From Candidatus Fermentibacteraceae bacterium (GTDB taxonomy: Bacteria > Fermentibacterota > Fermentibacteria > Fermentibacterales > JCC-6): a DNA stretch of 64,000 bases. The notes beneath the pieces are model-generated. The model was not told the DNA's origin and made no database searches. It saw nothing but the letters and a program-made list of their open reading frames with translations. Position numbers and translations under genes: made by a program. Each line of letters opens with the position of its first letter. Within the stretch, counting starts at the first letter, position 1. Shown here piece after piece: positions 1 to 9,395 of the stretch. The stretch spans positions 32,001 through 96,000 of the forward strand of contig JBGSZS010000007.1 in the NCBI GenBank assembly GCA_041750285.1. The letters are read 5' to 3'.

Positions 1-586
1 GTCCTGCGGTTGGTGCGGCCACAGCACCTCCGTTTCTGGCGTAGACGGTCTGGTATCTTTCCGTGTCGTTGCTGTCGGGCGTTCGTTTGATGTAGGGTGG
101 AAGCGGTACGGTTCCCACTTCTTCCAGCATTTGGTGCACCCTGTCGGGAGGACCGAAACCCAAAACGGCTCTCCCGTTGCCCAGCCCTTCGAGAACAACA
201 GCGGAAAAGCCCTCTGCGAGATCGAAAGAGGTTCCGGGACGGCAGTACTTTCCCGGCCTGAGAAGCACCTTCCAGTCGGTATCCGAGATCTGTCTGAGCA
301 GGAATATCTCTGCCCTGCCACCGGTGTCGGTGCGGTGGGCCCCTATCCTGGCGGGAAAAACCCTCGTGTCGTTCAGAACGAGACAATCACCGGGATGCAG
401 AAGCGATGGCAGCTCCGAAAAGAAGGTATTGCTGACCCCGCCTGTCTCTCTGTTCAGCACCATGAGCCTCGATGTTCCCCTCTCGGGGAGTGGCTCCTGC
501 GCTATGAGCTCCTCCGGAAGGTGGTAACGAAGGTGGTCTTTGGTGAGCTCCAGTGGACATCCTTCCGTTTCAGTGCAACCGGTCAC
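1..586 (-). CDS. queA: S-adenosylmethionine:tRNA ribosyltransferase-isomerase QueA (5' part; runs off the window start)
   Basis: Manual minus-strand translation gives 'LRYHLPEELIAQEP' near the N-terminus and 'PLPPYIKR...DTERYQTVYA...GAVAAPTAG', typical QueA motifs. The probable GTG start overlaps the TGA of the upstream gene; the exact start is uncertain. Absent from the ORF track because it has no stop in the window. Confidence 0.93.
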   Translation of the reverse strand, partial: MTGCTETEGCPLELTKDHLRYHLPEELIAQEPLPERGTSRLMVLNRETGGVSNTFFSELPSLLHPGDCLVLNDTRVFPARIGAHRTDTGGRAEIFLLRQISDTDWKVLLRPGKYCRPGTSFDLAEGFSAVVLEGLGNGRAVLGFGPPDRVHQMLEEVGTVPLPPYIKRTPDSNDTERYQTVYARNGGAVAAPTAG

Positions 587-3096
587 GATGTCTTGAACCT
601 GAGAGTGAAACGGGTTCCCCTGTCCCTGGAGGAAAAAACGGCGATGGTTCCACCCATTGCCTCGGTGAATCTTTTCGCGAGGGGGATGTCGAGTCCCGAA
701 GACTGGATGCCATGCGCTGGTCCGTCAGCGGACCGGCTCTTGAAAAGGGCAGGCAGCTCCGCAGTGGGAATGCCCCTTCCGCTGTTCTCCACCTGGACCG
801 ACCAGTATCCGCCCCCACTGGAAAGCGAAATCCCCACAGAATCCTCCGGTCCGGCGTGTGCAGAGGCGATCCTTAAGAGGCTGTTGAGCGCTATCAGGAG
901 CCATGAAGGATCGAAACAAGCTATGAAACGCTGTTCCGGTTCCTCGAAAAGAATCGGCGCGGAGGATCCTGTTGGAAGTGATTTCCACCTGGACACGAGT
1001 TCGAAGACCGTTTCGCAGGGGTCAGCCCAGCGCATGTCCGGTTTTCCGCCGAACGCCTCGGCTCTCAGCCAGCCCACCAGAACTGAAGCTGTTGACGCGA
1101 TCCTGCCCGAAGCGTTCCGGATTGATTCGAGGAGCCTGCCCGCGCCCTCTTCCTGGGTACACAGGCCCGGAAGCTGCCCGGAAGCGCTGAGAAGTGTTGC
1201 CGATGCCTCGGAAAGCTCGTTCTCGATCTCCATGACAACGCTCTCCTGAAGGTTGCCCTCGGTGGCATCGGTCACCGGAGCCGTGCCGTCCAGAAGTGCT
1301 GCAGCCTCCAGGGCGGATAGAACAACCGCAACGGTTTCCAGAATTGCCATGGCCTCTCCGGAGAAACCTTCCTGCGAAGACGTGGCGAGAAGCACCACTC
1401 CCGTGACTATGTCACCCCTTATGATGGGTGCAGCCATCTCGCTGCCCGAATCCGTGAAAACCGATGACATCCTTACGTCATGCATCGGATCGGCGAGGAA
1501 AGCGCTCTTGCCGTGAACGCACACCCAGGCCATTATGCTGTCAGAACCCATCGGCACGCCGGGCAGACCTCCCTGAACTCCCACGGTGACTACCGGCCGA
1601 AGGACCGTGCCATCCGAACTGGCCTCGGCTTTTATGCCCCTGTCTGCGCCGCAGATGGATGCCAGTTCCCTGAGTGTCTTTTCATAGCCTTCCCTGCCGG
1701 CTTTCGCGAACTCCATCACCCTGGACACCTGCTCAAGAACTGCTCGGGCACGGGTTCGATCCCCCTGGACAGGATGGAAGCAGGGGAGCAGGGATATGAC
1801 TTTCAGCGCGAGTTCACCGCAAGGGCGAAGTTTGTTGCTCCGGAGCCCTCCCAGGGCGATGACCCCGTTTCCGTTCTCTCCAGGGACCGGGATGAGCAGC
1901 CTCCAGTCGCCATGGTTCTCGATCCACAACCTGTCCGGCAGGTCCGAAGGAATGGTCTCCAGAAGGCCGGCGGCGTTTCCATGAGTCACCGTTCTGCCCG
2001 GCATCATGAGAACGATCGATTCAGCGCCCGTACCGGCCCCGAGGATGCTTGTCAGGAGTTCGGCATCGGCATTCGGTTCGAGGATAAGGGCGGCTTCAGC
2101 TTCCGGGAATGCGCATTCAGGGAGGGCGTCGAGCCTTCTGGAGAGGAAGGCGACCGAGTCGCCCCCCTCGGAAAGCGGAAAGACACTTATCTCCATAAGA
2201 GGTATATTGTTACGGAAGTCGGGCTTCAACCCCAGAGTGTAGCGGCTGGGAGCGTAGTAGCCCCTGATCCGCTTGTCGTGATTCGCTTTCGCCTCTTCAC
2301 GGTACTCCTCGGCGACCCACTTCCAGAAATACGTGCCCTGGATCTCTGTCTTGCCGTAGATTTCAAGGGCCAGGCTTCTCGCCGCACCGTTGAGTTTCGT
2401 GATCATCCCGGTCCTGTCGACCACCAGTGCCGGAGAAGGATTTTCCTCGATTATCGTCTCAAGCAGTGAGTCTGCAGTTCCTCCGGTGTTCACAAGGGCC
2501 AGCGAGGGGATGGACAGCTCGCAGAGGACAAGGCTGCCCGGGGCCTGAACCGCTTCGAGGGACATTATCCAGTTTTCCCTGCTTCCCTGTGAAGAACTGC
2601 TGCTCACCAGGAAATCGTCCACCCTGCCCTCTTCGCGGCATGTCTTCAAGCCTGCCTGAATGGCGGGTCGTGAGCCTGGTTCGAATGCGGATTGAAGGGT
2701 TTTCGTGCTGTCGCCCAGATCAAGGGTCGAAGCCATGGAACGGGCGAGCAGCCTTCCCGAAGAGGTGCACAGGATGGTGTTGCGTCTTCCCCGGATCGTG
2801 GACAGGAGAGACGAGGCTGAAGCTTCGTTGATCATTCGGCAGACAAACAGGGTTTCGGAGGCTCCCAGTTCCGTTCCTGTTACTTCAAGCAGACGGCCGC
2901 CGATGGAGCATGGCCACCTCCCCGGAGCAGTTCCGTGGAAAAGGGCACTGAAATCTTCGGGTTCGGTGCCGCAACTCATCGCGAGCTGCCGCCATTCATC
3001 CGAAAACGTAACCTGCCCACTCCCTTTGGAAACGACCGCCCATGCCGTAGATTCCGGACATGGCACAGGAGTTGCAGAAAACGGTAGTCCTTTCAT
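583..3096 (-). CDS. PAS/GAF/HATPase_c sensor histidine-kinase-like protein, probably catalytically degenerate
   Basis: PAS-like 'IIEENPSPALVVDRTGMITKLNGAA'; GAF-like 'SEMAAPIIRGDIVTGVVLL'; C-terminal HATPase-like 'VENSGRGIP...LFK...AMGGTIAVFS...GTRFTLRF'. Confidence 0.7.
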   Translation of the reverse strand: MKGLPFSATPVPCPESTAWAVVSKGSGQVTFSDEWRQLAMSCGTEPEDFSALFHGTAPGRWPCSIGGRLLEVTGTELGASETLFVCRMINEASASSLLSTIRGRRNTILCTSSGRLLARSMASTLDLGDSTKTLQSAFEPGSRPAIQAGLKTCREEGRVDDFLVSSSSSQGSRENWIMSLEAVQAPGSLVLCELSIPSLALVNTGGTADSLLETIIEENPSPALVVDRTGMITKLNGAARSLALEIYGKTEIQGTYFWKWVAEEYREEAKANHDKRIRGYYAPSRYTLGLKPDFRNNIPLMEISVFPLSEGGDSVAFLSRRLDALPECAFPEAEAALILEPNADAELLTSILGAGTGAESIVLMMPGRTVTHGNAAGLLETIPSDLPDRLWIENHGDWRLLIPVPGENGNGVIALGGLRSNKLRPCGELALKVISLLPCFHPVQGDRTRARAVLEQVSRVMEFAKAGREGYEKTLRELASICGADRGIKAEASSDGTVLRPVVTVGVQGGLPGVPMGSDSIMAWVCVHGKSAFLADPMHDVRMSSVFTDSGSEMAAPIIRGDIVTGVVLLATSSQEGFSGEAMAILETVAVVLSALEAAALLDGTAPVTDATEGNLQESVVMEIENELSEASATLLSASGQLPGLCTQEEGAGRLLESIRNASGRIASTASVLVGWLRAEAFGGKPDMRWADPCETVFELVSRWKSLPTGSSAPILFEEPEQRFIACFDPSWLLIALNSLLRIASAHAGPEDSVGISLSSGGGYWSVQVENSGRGIPTAELPALFKSRSADGPAHGIQSSGLDIPLAKRFTEAMGGTIAVFSSRDRGTRFTLRFKTS

Positions 3097-3166
3097 ATCT
3101 TAATCCAAACACGGTGCGGGAGAACAGTGTCAAACATGGGTAATTCTATTAGATTCGGGAGAGAAA

Positions 3167-3628
3167 ATGGAAGGTTCATCTTTGAAGTATTCGGCATACT
3201 GTGTATCTGATCTCAAAGCATGTTCAAGAAGTGATGCCCTGGAAGAGCTTCTGGAGTTCATACCCATAAACGTCAACTCCCGGAAACTCATCCACGGGGC
3301 ACTGGAGATGAGGGAGCAGGCCGGTCCCACGACTATATCTGCAGGCATCTCCATCCCGCATTGCCGGAGCATTCTTGTCGATGATCTCACGGTGGTGGTG
3401 GGCCGAAGCATCCGGGGAGTGCCGTGGCCCGAGGAACCAGTCAAGGTGATGGTCATGTTCATCTCACCGGTCAAGCCCGATGGTCCGCACGAGCACCTTG
3501 CCTTCATCAGTCATGTAGCCTCCCGAATCAAGAAATCCGCAGAAGCCGTACTGAACGCTTCCAGCGCTGAATCACTGCTGGAACTGCTGGGCATGGAACG
3601 AAAACTTGGAGGTGTTGATGAACCTTGA
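3167..3628 (+). CDS. PTS EIIA domain protein (fructose/mannitol/Ntr family)
   Basis: 'REQAGPTTISAGISIPHCR' with the phospho-His in IPH; 'HLAFISHVA'. Confidence 0.85.
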   Translation: MEGSSLKYSAYCVSDLKACSRSDALEELLEFIPINVNSRKLIHGALEMREQAGPTTISAGISIPHCRSILVDDLTVVVGRSIRGVPWPEEPVKVMVMFISPVKPDGPHEHLAFISHVASRIKKSAEAVLNASSAESLLELLGMERKLGGVDEP

Positions 3629-3971
3629 TCTGGAAAGGCTTATCGGTCTTCACGATCTCGACGTGATGATAGCCGACCTTGATAGAAAGGATATTCTCGA
3701 CAGGGAGAAAATGATGGGCCTCAGCCCAGAGAAGGCGCGTGAGGAACTCCTTACCCTCCGGAGCGATTATGTCAGGAACATCAACAAGAAGTGGCTCGGA
3801 TTGTACAGCCAGCTCACGAAGCATTATGGAAACGCTGTTGTACCGGCGGTTTCATGCAGGTGTACGGGCTGTCTGACCCGGCTTCCGACAGCAATGTGTT
3901 CCGACCCCGAGAGGAACGACAGGATAAACACATGCCCCACTTGCAGCAGAATAATGTACTGGGCGGAGTAA
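3618..3971 (+). CDS. C4-type zinc-ribbon protein (DUF164/zf-RING_7-like), short form
   Basis: 'AVVPA...CTGC...CPTCSRIMY' after a short helical N-terminus; the ATG overlaps the end of the EIIA gene. Confidence 0.75.
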   Translation: MNLDLERLIGLHDLDVMIADLDRKDILDREKMMGLSPEKAREELLTLRSDYVRNINKKWLGLYSQLTKHYGNAVVPAVSCRCTGCLTRLPTAMCSDPERNDRINTCPTCSRIMYWAE

Positions 3972-3987
3972 CCCCCAGGGAGCCGAA

Positions 3988-5457
3988 ATGAACCCGATCG
4001 ACGCGGAAACAGCCCTTACCTTCGATGATGTCCTCCTTCTACCCGGACCGTCACACGTGTTGCCCTCCCAGACCAGTCTCAAGACGCACCTCTGCCGCGG
4101 AATCACCCTGAACATCCCCGTCCTCAGCGCAGCAATGGACACCGTCACCGAAAGCACGATGGCCATCGCCCTTGCCCAGTTCGGCGGCATGGGAGTGATA
4201 CACAAGAACCTTTCGATCGAGGAACAGGCCACCAAGGTCCGCCAGGTCAAGCGCGCCGAAAGCGGAGTGATAGTCGATCCCATAACCCTCGACATAGGCG
4301 CCACGGTCGCCGATGCCTTCTCCCTCGCTGAGAGGACTGGTGTCTCGGGCTTTCCGGTCGTGTCCGGCGGGCGTCTCGCCGGGATGCTGACCCACCGTGA
4401 CTACCAGTTCGAAGAGGATGGCTCCAAACCGGTCAGCGAACTCATGACGCCTCTCGTCAACCTCATCACCGCACCGGAGAAGACTGGTGTTGAAAACGCT
4501 CTCCTGCTCCTTCGGAAGCACAGGCTTGAAAAACTTCCTCTTGTTGACGGTGAGGGCAGGGTCGTTGCCCTGATTACGGTTAAAGATATAATAAAGGCAC
4601 AATGTCATCCCGATGCCAACAAAGATTCCAGGGGAAGCCTCAGGGTCGCTGCAGCGGTGAGTGTGGGAGACCCTGCCCTCGACAGGGCAGCCGCACTTGT
4701 CGAAGCCGGGGTCGACTGCCTGTTCATCGATTCCGCCCACGGCCACAACTCCGGCGTCCTTGATACCACAAGGCGCATCAGATCGGCTCATTCAGCCATT
4801 CCGATCTGTTCGGGCAATGTGGTCACCGCCGAGGGCACGATAGCCCTTCTGGATGCCGGAGCCGACATGGTCAAGGTCGGGGTCGGACCCGGTTCGATAT
4901 GCACGACCCGGATCGTTGCCGGTGTGGGGTGTCCCCAGATAACGGCTGTGCATCAGTGTTCCATGGCGGCGCTGGAGAGAAACGCCACGATCATCGCCGA
5001 CGGCGGAATCAAATACTCGGGCGACATCGTCAAGGCGCTGGCCGCCGGTGCATGTTCTGTCATGATCGGAAGCCTGTTCGCCGGAGTAGCCGAAAGCCCC
5101 GGCGAAGCCATCACCTACAAGGGCAGAAGGTTCAAGTCTTACAGGGGCATGGGTTCTCTGGGGGCCATGCAGCTTGGAAGTGCTGATCGATACTTCCAGA
5201 AGGAAGACAAGAAACTGGTACCCGAGGGCATTGAGGGAATGGTCCCCTTCAAGGGTCCTCTCAGCGACTTTCTGCACCAGCTCATGGGTGGGCTGCGGGC
5301 CGGCATGGGTTACGTGGGAGCTGCCGAGGTCTCCGAGCTTCGCACGAAGGGTAGGTTCGTGAGGATAACGAGCGCCGGTCTGAAGGAAAGCCACGCACAC
5401 GACGTCATGATCACAAAAGAAGCGCCCAATTACACACTTGAAAGCCATGCATTCTGA
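3988..5457 (+). CDS. guaB: IMP dehydrogenase
   Basis: '[10 protein letters not shown]', 'SAAMDTVTE', CBS pair, '[13 protein letters not shown]', 'YRGMGS', 'VPEGIEG'. Confidence 0.98.
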   Translation: MNPIDAETALTFDDVLLLPGPSHVLPSQTSLKTHLCRGITLNIPVLSAAMDTVTESTMAIALAQFGGMGVIHKNLSIEEQATKVRQVKRAESGVIVDPITLDIGATVADAFSLAERTGVSGFPVVSGGRLAGMLTHRDYQFEEDGSKPVSELMTPLVNLITAPEKTGVENALLLLRKHRLEKLPLVDGEGRVVALITVKDIIKAQCHPDANKDSRGSLRVAAAVSVGDPALDRAAALVEAGVDCLFIDSAHGHNSGVLDTTRRIRSAHSAIPICSGNVVTAEGTIALLDAGADMVKVGVGPGSICTTRIVAGVGCPQITAVHQCSMAALERNATIIADGGIKYSGDIVKALAAGACSVMIGSLFAGVAESPGEAITYKGRRFKSYRGMGSLGAMQLGSADRYFQKEDKKLVPEGIEGMVPFKGPLSDFLHQLMGGLRAGMGYVGAAEVSELRTKGRFVRITSAGLKESHAHDVMITKEAPNYTLESHAF

Positions 5458-7096
5458 AACTCTGCGGGCCTGCGGCATCGTTGTCGATTCGGTTCTCACT
5501 GAAGAGAAGGGCTACTTTCTCGCCAGGGCAAGAAGGAACGAAAAGCGTCTTGTTGTCGAGGTAACCTCCGCAGGCTCGGGTTTTGTGCACTCCTGGCCTT
5601 CATCGACTCATCTCGTGCCGCCCATCGAGGCGAGGAACCTTCCCGGCGAGCTCAGACTGCTTGTATTCGATGCGGGAAGTGCCCGCTTTCTCGCTGAGGA
5701 CATACACGAAAGGCCTTTCAATCCCGGCGAGGCATCGGAGGTTCTGGGAAAGGCGGCGGAAGCTCTCGCGGGTCTTCAGGCATCCGGTGTCGTGGCCGGT
5801 TACATCGGTCCCGAAAGCCTTCTGCGAGAATCATCCGGCAGGGTTCTGATGCTCGCCGGCCGCAGAGGGGTGCCTTCAGGGCCTTTCACACCGCCTGAAA
5901 CGATTGGCAGAAGGCCATCTGACCCGAGAAGCGATGTGTTTTCGCTTGGGACCCTCTATCTGAGGCTTCTGGCGGGAAGCGACGACCGCGACACCCTGGT
6001 GGATGCCTGGAACAGGCTTGACCCGTCAACTTCAAGACACCTTTCCTCCATGCTTGAACAGGACCCGCAGAACCGGCCTTCAGGGGTTATCCAGGCAGCC
6101 TCGAGACTGGTATCGGGCTTCGTATCCCAGGCGCCCGTACCCGCCGGGCCTGAAAACGCTCAACCCGCTTTCAGAAGAGAAGTCCTGCCACACTCCCACC
6201 GCCCGCGAAAGAAGGGGCCCCGGTTCCCCGGGAAAAGGCTCATGATCATCGGTCTTGCTGCCGTTTCAGTTGCTGTACTGCTTTTAGCCCAACCCTGGAA
6301 ACGGCCCGAAACACCCGAAAGCCGGGATCCCGAACCACGGTTTAACAGCGTGTCACCTGATTCGCTGCAACAATCTCCGCCGGACACGGTTTCAGCAGTT
6401 CTTTCCGTGGATCAACCGTCTCTCGAGGATTCCGCCGTTGTCTGGGTCAGCAACGGAACCGGTACGGAAGGGATCGAATCCGCATTCAGATCGGGGGCCG
6501 CAGGCGCGTACTCCTTCGTCTATCCCTCGAGGGGTGCAACAAGACGCAGGACCAGCCTTGTGCTCGTAAGGCGGGAAGACCCTGAAACTCAGCTTGCCCA
6601 ATCGGTGTTTTATCCCGCTGCACTGATGTTCGCCTCGCAGGATTCTTCCATGGCGGTGAAGCCGACCGACATTACGATCCTGCTCGGAACCGACCTTTAT
6701 CATCCTGGAATCAACCAGGGCCGCCTGACCACGCCAACTGCCCCAGGCGACACTCTGTTCGTGGACATCGCAAACCATGGAATCCAGTACACGCTTGAAG
6801 GAATGGGCGCAGCTTCCTGGATGGCTTCCAAACTGAACGGCAAAGCGATCACCGTTGATGGAAGGCAGTGGATTCTCAGCGTAAGCGACATCCGCGACGG
6901 CGACCTGTGGAACGACGAGATAGGAATACCCGCAGTTCTGGAAGGCACGATGTTCCTCTACAAGCCGGCTTCCAATGTGGGTCCTCAGATCGAGGCAGCA
7001 CTGAGGGGTGTGTTCCAGGCCCTGCCATCAGCAGTTCAGGAACGCTCCCAAACCATTCCCGTGCCCGATATCCACGTTCTTCTGGGAGCCCCCTGA
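5447..7096 (+). CDS. Membrane protein: degenerate Ser/Thr-kinase-like N-terminus, one TM helix, two LytR_C-like extracellular domains
   Basis: Kinase C-lobe remnants 'FTPPE...DPRSDVFSLG...MLEQDPQNRP'; TM 'LMIIGLAAVSVAVLLL'; LytR_C-like 'VWVSNGTGTEG...DITILLGTD' and a second copy ending 'DIHVLLG'. Confidence 0.6.
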   Translation: MHSETLRACGIVVDSVLTEEKGYFLARARRNEKRLVVEVTSAGSGFVHSWPSSTHLVPPIEARNLPGELRLLVFDAGSARFLAEDIHERPFNPGEASEVLGKAAEALAGLQASGVVAGYIGPESLLRESSGRVLMLAGRRGVPSGPFTPPETIGRRPSDPRSDVFSLGTLYLRLLAGSDDRDTLVDAWNRLDPSTSRHLSSMLEQDPQNRPSGVIQAASRLVSGFVSQAPVPAGPENAQPAFRREVLPHSHRPRKKGPRFPGKRLMIIGLAAVSVAVLLLAQPWKRPETPESRDPEPRFNSVSPDSLQQSPPDTVSAVLSVDQPSLEDSAVVWVSNGTGTEGIESAFRSGAAGAYSFVYPSRGATRRRTSLVLVRREDPETQLAQSVFYPAALMFASQDSSMAVKPTDITILLGTDLYHPGINQGRLTTPTAPGDTLFVDIANHGIQYTLEGMGAASWMASKLNGKAITVDGRQWILSVSDIRDGDLWNDEIGIPAVLEGTMFLYKPASNVGPQIEAALRGVFQALPSAVQERSQTIPVPDIHVLLGAP

Positions 7097-7102
7097 AGCC
7101 GG

Positions 7103-7131
7103 TTGACAATTTCGTATCTACATGTTATGCT
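7103..7131 (+). promoter_or_regulatory. Sigma70-type promoter upstream of carD
   Basis: TTGACA (7103-7108), 17-bp spacer containing an extended-10 TG, then TATGCT (7126-7131). Confidence 0.7.
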
Positions 7132-7172
7132 TGCCGCTACCAAGTCAGAAGCTTTGGAGGCATCCGTTGCTT

Positions 7173-7679
7173 ATGAATTTTGATCTGCACGACAAAGTGG
7201 TTCACCCGCTTCACGGCGCGGGGGTGGTTACCGAGATTTGCCGGAAAGACATCTCCGGCGACATGGTCGACTGCATTGTGATCAGGCTGGTTGCAGGCAG
7301 GGCAGGCATCCTTCTCCCCTTCGACAGCATTCAGGAATCCGGATTGAGAAGGGTCTGCTCCAACGAAGACATGGACGAGGCCCTTACCGTTCTCGGCAAC
7401 ACAGCGGAGGACCTTCCCCGCGACTGGCGACGGCGGATCGAAGTCCTCCGTGAGAGGGTCCATTCAGGCGACCCAAGCATGATAGCAACCGCTGTGCGCG
7501 ATGTCCTGGCGCGCTCGTCCATCAGCAAGATGAATCCCTCCGAGAAAAGGGTATTCACCGAAGCCATCGGTGTCCTGGCCGGTGAGCTCTCCCTGGTGAA
7601 CAACATCGAGTTCCAGGGCGCGAGAACCATGATCGAGAAAAGGGTCACTGGCGTCCGCAAAAAGAAGAAGCAGGCCTGA
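7173..7679 (+). CDS. carD: CarD family transcriptional regulator
   Basis: 'DKVVHPLHGAGVV', 'GLRRV', 'WRRR', 'SGDP...VRD', 'ELSLV'. Confidence 0.9.
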   Translation: MNFDLHDKVVHPLHGAGVVTEICRKDISGDMVDCIVIRLVAGRAGILLPFDSIQESGLRRVCSNEDMDEALTVLGNTAEDLPRDWRRRIEVLRERVHSGDPSMIATAVRDVLARSSISKMNPSEKRVFTEAIGVLAGELSLVNNIEFQGARTMIEKRVTGVRKKKKQA

Positions 7680-7685
7680 TTCTTC

Positions 7686-8957
7686 TTGACATCAATGGAA
7701 AGAACAACCGGCGAGCCTTCAGAGAGCGTTGTCCTTGTCACGGTATGGATCGGAAGGGGCAGCCATGAAGGCCGGGACAGCGAGATGGCGCAACTCGTCA
7801 GAACCGCTGGAGGAACGGTTGCCGACTCGATTCACCAGAATCTCGCCAAACCCGACGCGGGATCCTTCGTAGGCAGCGGAAAGGCCGCCGAGATCGCAGA
7901 GCGCGCCAGAACCCTCGGCGTCAACACGGTTGTGTTCGATCACAACCTTACTGCTGGCCAGGTTGCCCGTCTCGAGCGAATCACCGAATGCAAAGTGATA
8001 GACCGGACCGAACTGATCCTGGCCATCTTTGCCCTGAACGCCAGAACGGTTCAATCAAGGCTGCAGATAGAGCTTGCCCAGTTGAAGTACACCCTTCCAA
8101 GGCTTTCGGGGATGTGGCACCATTTTTCGAGGCTTGGCGCCGGAATCGGAACGAGGGGTCCCGGCGAGACTCAGCTGGAAGTGGACCGGCGGAGGGCCAG
8201 AACCCGTATCGCAGCTCTCGAATCAAGGCTTGCCGCACTCGAAACGGGATCAAGGCTGAGAAGGGCTGCAAGGTCGGGCATGTTCAAAGTATCGCTGGTC
8301 GGTTACACCAATGCTGGAAAAAGCTCACTCCTGAATGCTCTGTGCAACTCGTCGACCCTCGTGGAGGACAAGCTCTTCGCCACCCTCGACACAACCTCGA
8401 GGAGGCTCGTCCTGCCCGGTTCGGGCACCGCTCTCCTTTCTGACACCGTGGGTTTCATAGAGAGGCTTCCCGAGACTCTCGTGGCAAGCTTCAGAAGCAC
8501 GCTCGACGTGGTTCGCGAGGCCGACCTTCTCCTCGTGGTGGCCGACGGCAGCTGTCCCGACCGGGACGAAAGGCTGTCGATCGTAACCGGTACGCTTGAA
8601 AGAATTGGCGCCGGCGGCACTCCACGGATTCTGGTCTGGAACAAGTCCGACCTCGGAGGTCTGCCCCCCTCCAGCGGGATCTCGGTGTCGGCGCTCACCG
8701 GCGACGGGCTGAACGACCTTCTGGATGCCGTGACCATCTTCTGGAAGAACACACTGGCATGGTATACCGTCGCTGTAGATATTTCGGACGGCGGCCTTGA
8801 AAACTGGATTCGGAGGAACTGCCTGGTGGAGAGTTCAGTCAGAACCGATTCCGGAGGGACTGTCTTCCACTGCGCTCCGGTCCGCGGGGCCGGCGAACTC
8901 GCTTCGAGGGTCAAGGCAGCCTCAGGCAGGCTTCTTCCCATGGAAACTCACGCATGA
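7686..8957 (+). CDS. hflX: GTPase HflX
   Basis: 'GSGK', 'DRTELILAIFA', 'GTRGPGETQLEVDRR', 'GYTNAGKS', 'LFATLD', 'DTVGFI', 'NKSD'. Confidence 0.97.
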   Translation: MTSMERTTGEPSESVVLVTVWIGRGSHEGRDSEMAQLVRTAGGTVADSIHQNLAKPDAGSFVGSGKAAEIAERARTLGVNTVVFDHNLTAGQVARLERITECKVIDRTELILAIFALNARTVQSRLQIELAQLKYTLPRLSGMWHHFSRLGAGIGTRGPGETQLEVDRRRARTRIAALESRLAALETGSRLRRAARSGMFKVSLVGYTNAGKSSLLNALCNSSTLVEDKLFATLDTTSRRLVLPGSGTALLSDTVGFIERLPETLVASFRSTLDVVREADLLLVVADGSCPDRDERLSIVTGTLERIGAGGTPRILVWNKSDLGGLPPSSGISVSALTGDGLNDLLDAVTIFWKNTLAWYTVAVDISDGGLENWIRRNCLVESSVRTDSGGTVFHCAPVRGAGELASRVKAASGRLLPMETHA

Positions 8958-9391
8958 AGGACAGCACCCAGGCCAGGAACATTGAACAAAGCCTTGTGAA
9001 GAGGGTTGCCTCCCTTGCCGACCTTCACGCGCGCGGTATCGTTACGGGCGAACTTCTCGGCCGGCAGCTCTTGAAACTCCTCACTTCCTCCGAGGCAAGG
9101 GAGTTGTTCAAACTGACCGTTGAACCGGACTCCAGGGCTCTTCGAATACTCTACCGCATGATGAACCCCTCGGGCTGGCGCAGGAAATCAGGTCTGAGCC
9201 GTGAAGAGCGTTTTCATGAGTTCACCCGTGACCTGGCCTGTGTGATGGGATCCGAAGCAAGCCCGGAGGAGAAGCTCATGGAGATGATGTCCCTTGCCTG
9301 CCTGCCGTTTTTCAAAGGGTTTGTGAACTCCAGGAATGCTCCGGAGGACAAGGAAAGCAAACCAAACAGCCGCGTCAGCGTGCTGGACTGA
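8954..9391 (+). CDS. Hypothetical protein
   Basis: 145-aa ORF with an ATGA overlap with hflX; no recognised motif. Confidence 0.55.
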   Translation: MKDSTQARNIEQSLVKRVASLADLHARGIVTGELLGRQLLKLLTSSEARELFKLTVEPDSRALRILYRMMNPSGWRRKSGLSREERFHEFTRDLACVMGSEASPEEKLMEMMSLACLPFFKGFVNSRNAPEDKESKPNSRVSVLD

Positions 9392-9395
9392 GACC

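Noticed and set aside
131..1249. 372-aa plus-strand ORF and other long antisense ORFs (e.g. 24093-25247, 46287-47420, 48949-50292, 60218-61558)
   Set aside because: They are shadows of well-supported genes on the opposite strand in GC-rich, codon-biased DNA and carry no recognisable motifs.
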